DNA of 64,000 nucleotides. Source: Spironucleus salmonicida. Taxonomy: Eukaryota. The position numbers and the translations under genes are program-made. This document shows, in pieces, positions 46,458 through 60,291 of the stretch. Numbering within the stretch: the first letter of the stretch is position 1; each line of letters starts with the position of its first letter. The DNA lies in NCBI RefSeq assembly GCF_000497125.1, contig NC_090596.1, forward strand, positions 1,054,001 through 1,118,000, in the 5' to 3' direction. Under the pieces are notes generated by a model. It was given only the letters and a program-made list of their open reading frames with translations, searched no databases and was not told the origin of the DNA.

Positions 46458-47036
46458 TTCACGATTGGAGTGGAAATAGGAATTAAAAATGAAGCAAATA
46501 ATTTATATAATATATATAATTACTTTATATTTTAAAATTAAAATATGTATTAACAAAAGAAATTATTATCAAGTAGTGATTCTAATAATATTTGCTATTT
46601 ACAAGATGAAATTATAGTAACAATGATGTTATACTATTATATAAAAGATTAGTGGATATTACAATAAGAGAAATTTATAGTTAATAAAATAATTACAGTA
46701 TAGTAAATAATAAAAATTAACATTAATAATATTAAAAATATTAATATAGATTAATATTTAATCTATTTCATGCTTTATAACCTATTTAATACGTATTTAG
46801 AAATAGTATTATTTGAAAATTAACCTTAGTATTATAAAAGTATTAATACGTTTGCTACAGAGAATTATTTAGTAAAATATGTATAGAAATGACGGTTTCA
46901 TATATTCTTATTGATAGAATAATTTTTAATTATACTGCATCTGATATTATTTGACTAAAATTTATAGTAACAAGATATTATAAAATTAACTCATATCAAA
47001 ATAATTATTACACAGATTGTACGCTTTGATTATAAG

Positions 47037-48768
47037 AGAAAGTTAATTTCCTTAACTTATGGCAAATTCTATAATAGTAGCTACAAATGAAGCTTATTTA
47101 AAAGAATATGTCAATTAGTCATATACGTATGGCAATGTTGGCTAACTGAATAGTATTCTTTTAAATGAAGGTTTTACTATAGGACAATTAGAAGACGGTT
47201 TATCAGGTTATAGTAGCAGTAATATAAGTTTTCTTATCCTGCCACTTATTGATTGCTCGTTTAACAACCAGAATGTTCACGAGTATTTATAAATTATACC
47301 AGATTTTAAGTAGTTTTCCAACCAAAATCTTGATACAGATTAGATTTTAGCATTTTCTACCTTAGTTTAGAATAATTTCAACCTGAGAAGTGCATATAAT
47401 GAAACTTTGCTGGGTTCGTTATGTTACTCCTAAACAAAATTACTTAATCCTGATTTTTAAATTATATCCACTGTATTTAATCAGCTAGGCTAGCTTTTTG
47501 TTGAAAATATCCCGATATCATCAGTTTAGTTGAGTGGTTAGAAATTCAGTGGTTCTGAAGGTTTTGTTTCCTTGGCTATAGGATCTGGTACATAGCCTTA
47601 TCTTGGTGAAGCTGATATCATGCAGTCGGCAATGGGATATTACTTTATTACAGCGGCAATTCAGTCTGTCTTCAAGAATATCTCCATTATAGTGGGTTAG
47701 TAAATTTTATAGGAAATTAGCTTTTACACCCCAAAAATATTCAAGGATGGCCAAGCCCTAAATACCATCACATTCACGAACTTACTGAAAATTATGGAGT
47801 TCAGCCCAGAAAAAACTTTTCCAAATCCAAACTCAGATTTCCTAGTAGTTATGGGAATTAAAAATATGAGTAATCTCACCCCTAGTTCAACATAATTTGC
47901 AAATAGATTCCCAGGAATGTAATTCGCCAGCTAGCAGTTGGTCATAGTGTTTCGGTGCTTCGATTGCAACGATACGGTGGAACCAACGTTAGAAGAAGTT
48001 GGGGCAACGCTAGTGTCATAGGCTTAAATGAAACAACTAGATGGCTATACTATTTTTGTTAGTTTTACCAATGGATAAAGAGAAGAAAGTTTTTACGTTG
48101 CAACTATTGGAAGTGGGAAAAATGAAATTTACAAGACTATGTATCGAACCATGGCAAATTTCAATATGATGACACCCTCAGAAATTCAGATTACTGTTTG
48201 CAAATAGCTTTCTATAGGGAGAGTAATGATAGGATAGTGCCATGCGCCACCTCCATAGGACTTTCGGATAGCAGTTTATAATATGGGATTTATAAATGAT
48301 ATTTATGTTAGAATGTTATCTGATACACTGATTTCTGTGAATGAAAAGATATACTTTGAAGTAATACCCTCTAGTACAGGAAACTTTAGCATCAGCATAT
48401 CTTGCACTTATTTATACTAGAACAATTTTATACTTTTGGGCTTCTCATCACTTGTTAAACATAAGCTACGTTTAAAGTTTTTGTAGAATCAGGGAAGTCT
48501 AGGAATATGCAAAATAATAGTCTGCCCAACGGAATATCTAGTTAACGACATCTTAGTTCCTATCCCGACAGATAAAATTAATAAATCCGGAGTATATTCT
48601 AGTTTATGTGGAACTACCGACAGCTTTTCTGTAGAGAAATAAATAGTTGGTATGACATTTTTCTTTTGCTTTAGCGTTTATGGAGTTTTCTTAGTTTCGT
48701 ATTTTGCTATACTTTAGATCGTACACAAGAGGCAAGAAGTGCTAACAAGCAAAATTAATTAATACTGA
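47037..48768 (+). pseudogene. 5'-truncated copy of the 633-aa membrane protein
   Basis: Lacks the first ~57 codons, including the hydrophobic leader. An internal ATG at 47059 could still be used. Confidence 0.65.
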
Positions 48769-48811
48769 TTTTATGGTATTATAATAGTGATAGAAATAGT
48801 TACCACTTCAA

Positions 48812-49540
48812 ATGAATCTCTCTCTTAGTATATTGGTTGATTTGTGGACGAAAACGTTGGGGTACCAAATCGCAATTCCTTTGCTAGCAGTCTGCTACAT
48901 TGCATTTTATACTCTTAAAATGTACCAGACACCCCCAGGTTCTCTGTCATTGCGATCTTCTCGCAGCACTTCGATCTTTGCATCCCTGCTATAATTTGGT
49001 GGATTATTTGTGGCTCTCGGGCTACTAATTCAACTTCCATCCTTCTATGTTATGTTTGTAGCGTACTTTATTCAATTCTTGGTTTATATATTTGGGTCTG
49101 TCATGTTTCTTGGCACAAAGACTCCTCGGTTTTGCTGCTCAAAGAATATTACAAATAGCAGAATACTGCGCATTCTGATTGTCATACAGCATATCTTGCT
49201 TGGGGTTTTGAGCACGGCTGCTGTTCTGTTAGCTGGAGCCGATGTAAGCCCAGAGACTATACATCAGTATTAAAATAGCAAAAGTTTTGAAAATTGCTAC
49301 AAATGCCTCGTTGGTGGTACATTTTATATTGTCATGATTCATTTCATTGGGGGCATTGAAGAAGCTATTTGGTACCTTGTGTGGATAAAGCGCGATGAGA
49401 GTATTGGATAGCGCAGGAAGGTGATTGTTTGGGAAGACTCAAATGGGATCATTACGGAGTATAGTTACGACTAGAGCAGTGAAAACATTGCTTGGCTCTC
49501 ACTTAACAAAACTTTACATCATCTTTTTTATATTCATTGA
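48812..49540 (+). CDS. 242-aa multi-pass membrane protein, intact second copy
   Basis: Copy of 8300-9028. Confidence 0.75.
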
Positions 49541-50748
49541 CGCCCCTACACCGCATATTACCACGCTAACGCCGATACATAGTCCTATGGCAATCTTACG
49601 AGTTACGCGAATACTTTCTACGGTGGTACCCTCCTGTACCTAAACTGGAGCCTCATTGCTGATATGCGAGCCTCTGTCATTTGTATTGAGCTCTTCTAGC
49701 GCCTATTGAGCCTCAAGCATAACATTCTGATTACTCGGTCCACTACTCATGTGATAAGTGCATCCCTGATCCGAAGTCGCAACTACAATTGATCGCGTCC
49801 TAAATATACTGGGAGTTCTAGGGTGGACCTCGCCGAAGCTCTTCCTATCATGGCCAAACATCCGAATGGTTAGAGCCCTTGCGCGCTCTACCGGCATGAT
49901 ATGAGCTAAAATAGGTACCATTAGAGGATCTACTACATGCATTGCGTCATTTTCTGCATCAGCATGCTAGTTCTAGCTCCTCAGCTGTGGAAGTTTTAGG
50001 GAAAATATGAACGGAAGATAGAAGACGTACACAAAGCCGCTCAGCGAAGCAAATATTGCAAAAATAACGACAATATTTTCGTAAACTGCCGCCAGGGCAA
50101 AACTAAACACGACAAAAAGACTGCTAATGAGCAATGCCCATAATTAGCCCTTTTTATCATTTATAGACATGCCATATTACGCGAGAAGAGTCTCTTTTAT
50201 AGGAAAAATAACTAGTGGGAACGAGATTGTAACGACTAGGCCATAGAGGAGACCAAGAATGTTAAAATATATAAAATTACACTCCCCAATGTTCACGAAT
50301 ATATTGTTAGAAATTTTAGTACCGAACATAATTGCTCCCATGTACCCTACACAAAGATAAAAAATCGTTCCAAACGTTGCTGCTATCCAAGCTGAAATTT
50401 TGACAGTCTGTTTCTTGAAGATCGCTGGGCCTTATACAGAGTTTAGCAAAGAAGGAATAGCATTATACGAACCAAAATTCGATTAAATTGACGGGATATA
50501 CATCAAAAAAAGTAACACAGCTTGACCTGGGGATTGTTCTGGTAAAATATTAATATGATAACTCCCGTTCTCACAGATACTTTATTTAGAAAATCTAATG
50601 AAAAAGATAGTGGCTATCGAAATAACAGTAACAAAAATTATTAGGGTCGATATTGAGCTTACTTTAGCCAAAATATACATCTTGGAAATAAGAGTAAGTT
50701 GAAAGACAATGAAGAACGAAATAACAATTTTTACCCAGATTATGTTGA
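49499..50748 (-). pseudogene. 5'-truncated copy of the amino acid transporter
   Basis: Missing the first ~122 codons of 8987-10603; no nearby in-frame ATG seen upstream. Confidence 0.7.
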
Positions 50749-51841
50749 GTTATAATATGATATTTATTGAAAGATTAATAATATTAGATTAAAATTATAC
50801 CTGTTAAAATAGAAAGCAGTGTTTAATTAGATGAGTCTAGTTACTTGAAATATTATTAATTTGTTATTATTATATAATATAATAGTATAATGGATTATAT
50901 ATAACTCGCATGTATCAAAAATTATTTTCATGATAATTTTTATAGCTTAATCAGCAATCAAATTCCATATTTTCTAAACCTTATAAAGTATGCTTAAATT
51001 TAAGTCTATACTATTACTAGATCTATGTGTGTATAGCCCATTATTATGTTACTCAGAGAGCTGGGGTGTATCTATAACGTCCATTACACAATGGTTTATT
51101 CTGTTACATGCCATAAGAACTTCAAATTCACCAATAGTAATTTTATCACGCATAGCATTATATAAGTCTTCTAGCTTACTGCTATACATACAAGTGCCAA
51201 TAATAAAAGAAAGGGACTTAGTACTATTTATATTATTTTCGTAAGGATTATTTTAATGCTTTCTCATAAAGTTAAATATCCTAAAAATGATGAAATATCA
51301 AAATCTTTTATCATATCTATAGTTGTTTCTTTGCAATCGTTTTATACTCTGATTTTTAAGAGTAATTATGTTTATGAGTAATTACGTAAAAATTTGAATC
51401 ATAATATATTCTTTTTAGTACATCATTCATACTATACTGCTCTAAAAGAGATATTACAAAGTGAGTTCGGATTATTGATATGAGAACTAATATTAAGCTT
51501 ACCTATTAAAATAAAAGATAAAGTAGTTGTGCGATTTTTATTCATAAATGCATGTCTAGTAATTATTTTAGTTTGGTTGCAGTTTACGCTTTATGTGTAT
51601 ATCCTGATGAGGCACAGGAACTCTGGTTCCAATACTGTAAGGAGGATTTATAACATTCACAAAAAGTAATTTTGGTTTATGGTTTGTAAATATTTCCATA
51701 ATTTTGTTATACTTCCTAGGAAAAAGTGCTTATTAAGAGTTACAGTGATAAACTTTCAGTCATATTTTTTTTAAAATTAAATTCAAACTTTTAATGCGAT
51801 TCCGAGATCGACTACTTTCGATTTATTAGTACCCTTCCAAA

Positions 51842-52708
51842 ATGAATGAATTTATTTTATCAACTGGATAAGAAAGTTTTGAATCTTTCAAACGAAGTGA
51901 GTACAAATTCTCGACTTCAGACCATAGTACCTCAACTTTCACTTTTACATCACTCGAATCTCTTTCCGTGGCCATTGACCTTGGAGGTATGACTATTCCG
52001 GCTCAGAAAAATATGTTTAAAACGAAATTAGACGAAGATTAAGTGGAGATACAACTGATGAATACCTCAGCTTCTTTTATCACTCATTTTAATGGAAAAT
52101 TCACATATATATTTTCAAATTAAATAGCTGAGATCAAGCAAGCCCTCACCTAATGTAGCGGCACAAAACCAGAAAACAAAGATAAACATTAACGTAATGT
52201 TAAGAAAAATAATAATGAAGTAGTTCACAATGAAGTCTCTCTCAATGATAGGGAAGATAATTTGATTATCCAGAAGAGGGAATCAAGTGCTAATAGAAAG
52301 TAGCAGTAAGATACACATATTACGCATGAATTAAAAACTACATTATAAAAAAAATAATACAGTCAAGACAAAACTCCTGTGATAGAATCTCCAGTATAGG
52401 TAGCAATCATCAGCATAGACGCACCTAAATATAAAGAACGAAAACCTAAAAAATAATTAATTAAAGAATAGCCAAAGTAGATAGACCCCATAGAAAAATT
52501 CTAATTACCAGCTGAATTTGTTCTTACCGTGTCTGAAGTAGAGTTTCTAGAAATATAGAGACTTTTAGACAACTGTAGCAACTTGGCTGGTGCATCCAAC
52601 TTCTTCAAAATCCCGGTTACGAAGCTTAAACAATATGAAGTCTTAAGTTAGATGACCTTAAATGATCGCCTGGAGAAGTTCGGATTTGAGAAGGAGTTGG
52701 CATAGTGA
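51842..52708 (+). CDS. Hypothetical 288-aa protein
   Basis: CCCTTCCAAA-ATG; MNEFILSTGQESF...FGFEKELAQ*; ends TAG-TGA. An in-frame ATG near 51794 is an alternative start. Confidence 0.7.
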
Positions 52709-53384
52709 ATGTTATTTTTCTCTCGCTAGTCCGTATAATTTATGCATGATGGCTTGTGTGTGCATTCATGTATAGAAAACACCCTAGAGTATCCAGAAAC
52801 CAATATCAGATGAGTACTCCAGATCTGTGAGATTCCATTAATGTGTCGTTCCTGCTAGAGTAAAAGGCCCAGCTGGATATAATATCTCTGCAAATAAACA
52901 TTATCAGCTTCTGATTTTTACTCCCCTCCAACGTCAGACTCATAGCCTAAGGTAGGCTCATTATGCTGTAATTCCATTTAGCTCTCCGTTTTTGTAGGCC
53001 ATCCAGGTTCATTCGTATGTATGGGATGCCAATAGGATGCAGCAGGCGGCACTACTGAGTGGATTCACTACAATACTTTCTCAAGAGAATGTGGATGCCC
53101 ATGATATAGCTGCGCGTAACATCAATTTCCTCATTGTACCTCCTAGAAATTTCCACTAGAACTGGTAGGGTAGAAGCGCAGCTTACGACCAGATTGCGAG
53201 TATAAAGAACGCGACTCCTCTTACTCCCATGGATGTATCAAGAAAACCCTGGCAACATCATTGGCAACTCTATTATTAACAATCTATTATTTCAGACTAT
53301 ATTACAATAGGCTCACCATGGATCGTTTACAGATCCTAGTACGATCAGGAACTACGCAACTAATCAACAGTATCTCCATAAACA

Positions 53385-54896
53385 TCACTCAATCATAGAA
53401 GCAATACTGACTTCGCTGAACTAGCTGTAGTACTTGGAGTCCACCACTAGCTCCTCTTGTATATCCTAACCATTCCCTCTTGCAGCCCTCTTCTTCATTA
53501 CAACTACTATCAAAATTACCAAAGCCCCAACTAAACCAAGCACCCCCAGCACAATTCCAACGATAGCTCCAACCTGTAAACCCAGGACGCAGACACCATT
53601 AACCGCCCTGTATCCACTCAGGCACTCCGAGCAGCTCCCGTTCTTATCAATGGCAAAATCCCCTATACACCCCGCACACGCGTTTAATCCGCATTTAAAG
53701 CAGTTCTCGAGTCTCTCACCACAAAAGCATTACCCAACGGACCCGTCCTAACGTTGCTCGCAGAAGCTGAGTTCCTCACGCGCAGCGCAAAAGAACCCTA
53801 AAACGCGATCTGCACAACTAGGGACGCACGCAGCGCCCTCGAAGTGGAATCCATCCAGGCAGGCGGAGCATGATCCCTCCCTACACGTCAGGCAGTTCTA
53901 GGAACGCCCACAGCTGCACGGCTCTGCCTGCCCATCACCTCCGCATACCGCGCTGACGCCCGGCGCCGCGCAGTAGAAATTATCGGCCAAATGATCGCAA
54001 ATCGGTGAATTGCACCCACTATCGCCGCCCCGGAAGCCAGAAATACACCCCACGCACACTCCATTTCCGCACATCAGGCAGTTCTTCAGAGCACCGCACT
54101 CGCATGGAACGTCCTGAAAACGGCAATCCTGGCACACCCCGCCCTCCAAGAACTGCCCGTTCGCGCAGCTCAGACACGCCGTTATATCACATGTTTTGCA
54201 GCCCACGCAGAGCTCGCAGACGCCCCCAGCGCTGCAAAATTCGCCCTCTATACACTCTCCAGCGCCGTCGGAGCACTTCCTCAAGCACACCTTTCCCACC
54301 AAACTGCTCCCCTCCTGGCAGACCAAACAGCCCTCAGAGTTGCAATTCGCGCAGCGCTCGCCGCAGCGGCAGCCGACGGTATGCTTATCGCACGATTAGC
54401 ATATATTTTCCGCTTCTTTTTCGATTTTGCAGAATTGCCCGAAGGCGCAGGAAACGCTGTTCTGGCACTGGTCGATGACGCAGCGGCCGGCCTTCGGGGA
54501 CGCGAATTTGGCGCAGGAGGCGCATGCCGTTCCGCTACAGCTCTGGCAGTTCGCTTGCAGGGCGCCAGTGCAGTTGCAGGCGCAGTTCGGGGTCATGCGC
54601 ACGCAGGACTGGCACGCGTACGCGCTGCTCCCCTCGAGGTCGCAGAAAAAGCCCGGGAGGCACGCGGCAGAGGAGCCATTTTTGCAGTCGTTTTCGACGC
54701 ATTTCGTGCCGACGAGTTAGAAGCCGAAGAGGCACTCAGTGCACGTTTGGGCGTCGCTGCAGATCGTGCAATTTTCGAACAGAGACGGGGAATTCGGGTT
54801 CAGTGAGCAGTTGCAGGCTCCATTTAGCGTCATGCGCTCGCAGCTCTCGCAGACGTCTAGTTTTGCGTTATAAAACATCGCCAATGAGCAGTCCAT
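53385..54896 (-). CDS. Cysteine-rich membrane protein (CXXC/CXC repeats, VSP/HCMP/CRMP-like), 503 aa
   Basis: MDCSLAMFYNAKLDVCESCE...; dense CxxC and CxC; C-terminal TM (VGAIVGIVLGVLGLVGALVILIVVV) then MKKR and a short tail; ends GAG-TGA. Confidence 0.88.
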
Positions 54897-55958
54897 TTTT
54901 GTGGAGTGGTTAAATTATCAATATTTATAAAATAAACATATAATAATAGTTTTTGTGGTTTTAGTTTGTGGTTTAAGAGTAGAGATGTGGGGCAGAAATA
55001 GTAAAAAATGCAAAACGTTTTTCTTGAAAATTGAGTTAAAAGTAGGTTAAATCATGAATAGGAGAGATGAGGTTTTTCTTGCAAAATGGATGATATTAGA
55101 TATAAATACAAATATATGGTTACCGGAAAATTAAAAATATAGGTAAATGTTAAAAATTTAATATTTAGAGTAATTTATGTATAATAATTAATTAATTGGA
55201 ACTTTTATTAGCAGGTGATAAAATCTGACAGTCGCCTTAGTGCTGATTTGAGAGTAAGGATAAATAAAGTTGAACACGATAGGAAACTTATGGACATGGG
55301 TAATATTACTGCTGAAAGAATGCAGATTAATTTTATTTGTATTCTTGTGTAGAGACACCGGATTTTTTAACATATTTATCGTGTGAGTGTTAAGGTACAA
55401 AAAAGAAGTAAAAATTTATAGGGTTTTATTTTATCAGATTTTATATTAAGTGTACAATTATATTTATAAATAATTTATTTCTACGTACGTATTTTTCGAT
55501 AAGTATTATTTTCAATTTTAGATAATCCTAATATTTTAAATTATTTTCTTGAACAATAATTTTTGTAACAATTTATTATTATATGTTATATTTAGTTATA
55601 AAGTATACGCTGATTTATTAATTTTCTTGAGTATATCGAATATATATGTGCTATGTTATTATTTCAAATATTTGTTTAACTGTAATTTTAATTAAACTTC
55701 ATTAAGATGTAAACTATGTTATCAACATATAATTTATTATAAAATAACAACCTGTCGTACAATTTACACTGCTCCGGTAATTTTCATTACTACTTAGGTA
55801 CATATAAAAGGATAAATAAACTGTACGACAATATTAAACGTATATATTTTTATTTTACTAAAATAAGCAGGGAGATGAATTAAACTTAATATACAATGTA
55901 ATATTTTATCTTATAATACTACTTAACTAAATTTAAAATAATTTCATTTCTTTATAAA

Positions 55959-56945
55959 ATGTTCATTCTTTTTGCTTAAGTTCCTATTGTCATGATGCAT
56001 GGCGCAGGATTAGATGCTTCCAGCCTTAATGATATGAAGATGTGGATAGAATAGAAGATTCAAGGTGTTGCAATTGTTAATTGTGAAGTAGGTAATGGTG
56101 TTTAAGACTCGCTGAACATGAGTCTCACTGCCTAGACAAAGTTGCTAACTGATTGTATAATGGGAAATCCAGTTTTAGCTAATGGCTTCATTGGAGTTGG
56201 ACACTCATAAGGTACTCTTCTTTTGCGTGGATATCTTTCCGCTGGAAAAGGTCCTAAAATGATTAGATACATCTCGATAGCAGGCCCTCAGGGAGGATTT
56301 TACTGTTTTGGTAATTCTGGTGACTCTATATGCGATACGAGTAGCCCTGTTGGTTTAATACAAGCTAGCTTTACAAAAATGACCTAATATACTGAAGCAG
56401 TTTAGAACAAAAACGGTATTGCTAACTTTTGGAAGGATCCTACTGACCTATCAACGTATCGTACAGGATGTTAGTTTATGCCAGATATTAACTAGCAAAG
56501 AGCAGCAAAGAACCCATTAGTTAAAGCTGCATTTGAGAGTTTAGACCTTGTTGTACTCTTTGGATCATTCTTAGATGGTGCTGTCAAACCATTCTAATCT
56601 TTATTTTTCGGATTCTATGCTGATGGATCTACTACTGATATAGTTGATATGACAGAGTAAGATTACTATAAATAAGATTGGTTTGGCCTTAAAACTATGA
56701 ATGAGGCTGGAAAAGTACTTCGGCTTGAATCTGGTCTTCCACATGTTGGATATCTTAGCAGTGAGGGTTGGGTCAAGAACCAACTTGTACCGATGCTTAT
56801 CGTAGGAGATTCTAATAGTACTTTATAAACTTCTGTTGGTTCTATTGCAGCTATTGTAGTTCTTGCAGTTGTAGTAGCAGCTTTATTCATAACACTTCTT
56901 GTTATTATTATTAAATATAAGAGAGCTGCTAGCATTAATAAGTGA
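55959..56945 (+). CDS. Palmitoyl-protein thioesterase (PPT1-like) with C-terminal TM, 328 aa
   Basis: VPIVMMHG, GVGHSQG (Q = TAA 56208-56210), ISIAGPQGG, NFWKDP, candidate catalytic Asp (FLDGAV) and His (LPHVG); ends AAG-TGA. Confidence 0.87.
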
Positions 56946-58444
56946 TGACATTATTTATTTAAAATATTTTCTATCTATTATTTTTCATGTTTTTTTCTTA
57001 TTTGCAATATTATGAAAATATTCAGCTATTATAGTTTATTGCAAAAATGAATTTAATTGTACTTAAAGTAGCAAAATACAATATCTCACTAACCATTGAT
57101 ACAATTAAAATACATGTGTTAATTAATCAAATCGTTGCAACTTTGCTTATATAAATGTTTTGATCAATAAGCTCTTCTTCGTCATCTTCTTTTAACGTTT
57201 GTGTAATATAATCTGTTAGTTTTAGTCTGTTTTATGCTTTGTACTACACATGAATACTTTATGTAAGGCGGGCGGTAGAAGATTTGCTAAGCATACTAGT
57301 TGATTAACTTGATCGAAGTATTGGTAGATTTAGCGCGTCAGATCTTGGAGACTAACCAAACATACAATCAGCTTATTCAGCCTGGTATATTTCAACAGAT
57401 TTCTTTGATGTTTATATTCCCATTTCAAGTAAAAAATGGTTCTCATAAATATGATATATTTTTGATAATACGATAAATAAATTTGCATTAACAATAGTAA
57501 TACAATCAATGTAGAACTATTAATAAAACAAAAAACTAATAACATAGTATAATCTACCTTAATACTAATATTTGAAATTACGTTATCTTTATAAAAATGA
57601 TAAATAATATATATAAGTTATTCTTTTACGTTTCAGTAAGTTACGCTTAATTATTAATAGGATACAGAATAAGCTTTCAATAAACTTAAATTAAAAATAA
57701 TATATACTATTTTTAATATATATTAACTGACAATAGTTACTTCATGAAACTACTGAAAGTTACTTTCTATAACTAATTCACATATAGACTTAATAATTAT
57801 TTTATAAATCGTATACGTAATTAGCTCAAATAATACATTATATTATATATATCTAAAGTTTCACTTGATTTATGAAGTGATATAGATTTATATTTAATTT
57901 ACTTAGAGCGTATCTCAAATTTGTATCAATTAATAGAATAAAATAATTTATAGTGACTTTATTTTATTAAACATTATCATGCCAATAAATTCACATCGAG
58001 TTTATCACAACTTTCACCTCTATATATCCACGTTAAAGCCTTTACACCTATTATAAAAGATGTTGATATGTCATTATAATCGGAAATTTAACATTCATAT
58101 ACAGATAAATATACAAGAAACACCGAATCATGTCTAAAATCGCAATACAATCTAACAGTAGTTTATAAACTTAAGCAATCTCACATTTATAGCAATTTAG
58201 TGTTCAAATTACTCACAAACACTATTTCCCTAACCATTTCAACCTTGATAATGAACTAGCAATTTTCAAAGTCACTAACGAAATACCACTAGAAATTGCC
58301 TAAATCAACCAAATATGCCAATATATCACATTTAAAAGTTCTATTCCGCTATTCAACACCATCTTCACACCAATACAAACAATGTAACTTAACTTTCGCA
58401 ACGATCTCAACCCCATCCACATTGTTAACCCCCACTCACTCGCT

Positions 58445-59650
58445 TCACCTTAAATCGGCCTTTTCGCCGCTCTTCCGCCCCGCCACGCATTTATCTACGC
58501 CCCTCTCAGCGCCGCGCACCCGCTCGCGCCACTCCTCGATCAACTCGCGCGAGACGACCTTTTTCGTCATCCGGACGCCGACGTTCTTCTCGATTTCCTG
58601 GAAAACGGCGATTTCGGCCTGGCTCACGAAAGTTACGCAGACACCGCTGCGGCCGGCCCGCCCGGCGCGGCCAACGCGGTGGACGTACTCCTGCGCCTTC
58701 GGGGGGACCTCGAAGTTGACGACGAGCTGGACGTCAGAAACGTCAATTCCGCGCCCCGCGACGTCGGTAGCGACGAGGATTTGCGTGGAGTCCGCAGAGA
58801 AGGCCTGGAGCGACGCGGAGCGGAGCTTCTGCTGCATCTGGCCGTGCAGCTCGCATACGCCGAAATTGAGCGCCTTGAGGACCTGGAAAACCTTCGACAC
58901 GTCCGAAATTTTGTTGCAGAAAATGATCGTTTTCGCGTTAAATTCGAGCAAAAGCGGAATCAGCGTGTAAAATTTTTCTGACAAAGGAGTGGAAATCAGA
59001 AATTGAATTAGATTCTAATTTGTCTTTTATTCGTCCTGCGACGTGTTTATGACGAGCGCATTTTGCGAGGTCTGGGCCTGCAGATTTTTCACTTTCTTGC
59101 TGTAGGTGGCCGTGAAAAGCAGATTCTGACGCGTTTTTGACAGCTTGCGGCTGATGGCCAAAATGTCGCTTTCGAAGTCCATATCCAGCAGTTTGTCGCA
59201 CTCGTCGAGCACCAGAAACCTGAAATTCTTGAAGTTTATTCCGCGCGAATTCGCGAAATGGTCCAGGACGCGGCCTGGCGTGCCAACGACGACGTGCGGC
59301 CGCAGGCCCAGCCGGACCTGCTGCACGGACATGTCGACGCCGCCGATCAGAACGGCCGTTTTCAGGCCGATTTCGGCCCCGAACCGCTCGAAAACCTCGC
59401 CGATTTGCACCGCCAGCTCGCGCGTCGGGGCGATAACGAGCGCGAAAAACGACGCTTTTGAGGCGATCAGCGCGTTCAAAATCGGCAGCGCGAACGCGAG
59501 CGTTTTGCCCTGGCCCGTTTTCGCCACCGCGAGCACCGAGTGCTGCTGCAGCACCTTCGGGATCGTCTGGTCCTGGATTTCGGTTGGCGAGGCTATATGG
59601 TTCGTTTTCAGAGCGTTTTGCAGCGATTCGTGCAGCAGCGAAAATGTCAT
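58445..59650 (-). CDS. DEAD-box RNA helicase, RRP3/DDX47-like, 401 aa
   Basis: Two track ORFs joined through TAA. Q motif, AKTGQGKT, PTRELA, GG, TPGR, DECD, TAT, GRGID, HRVGRAGRAG. Confidence 0.88.
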
Positions 59651-60149
59651 TTTTTAGGAGTGGAAAAAGGAAAGAAAATATATATTATTATATGATTATA
59701 TACATAATTAAAATTTTGAGCGTCATTCTATGCTATTGTCTACTAGTAAGCCTGTGACGTCAGTTTCTGGTATTAAGGACTGCTGTTTGACGTGAATATT
59801 AGGAGTAGCTTTTTGGTGGAATTTTATGGCTACAGCTAGAAAAGAAAGAACTAGTGAGTAGATTCCTGCAGAAAGCGTCAATTTAGCTGTTAAATCAAAC
59901 TCACAGTTAACACCGTCGCTGCACTATAAAAAGCAGCCTGTGCACATTTGTAGACTCATTTTCTGAGTTATTTAGTTAATAGATATATAGTAATTAAAGA
60001 TATAGAAATAATTTTTAAATTTATAAAATAGGTGTTAAATCATATAATAAGTAAAGTAAAATATTGGTTTTCAGTCAATATTACATTATAGAATTTAGAT
60101 ACAGGATAACGTAGAGGCCATGTTAGGTAAATTTGCTACACGTAGATCT

Positions 60150-60268
60150 AGGATGTCCGCGGCTACCCCACGCTCAAGTTCTTCAACAACGGCCAGTACG
60201 TCGAAAACTACAAGGGCGCCAGAGAGGCCGAGGCGATCAAGGACTGGCTGCACGAGAGAGTTCAGTGA
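60150..60268 (+). pseudogene. C-terminal fragment of a PDI-type thioredoxin domain
   Basis: DVRGYPTLKFFNNGQYVENYKGAREAEAIKDWLHERVQ* (ends CAG-TGA). No CxxC or ATG seen in frame upstream. Confidence 0.7.
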
Positions 60269-60291
60269 AACTTTTCCAACACTGCCTCTGC

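Larger units (their letters stand above)
47037..50748. repeat. 3.7-kb segmental duplication, derived copy of 6525-10236
   Basis: Offset 40512; both breakpoints fall inside coding sequence. Confidence 0.95.

Noticed and set aside
50890-51483. TGA-free frames of roughly 130-200 codons on both strands
   Set aside because: No recognisable motif and the strand is ambiguous; with one stop codon such frames arise by chance in AT-rich DNA.
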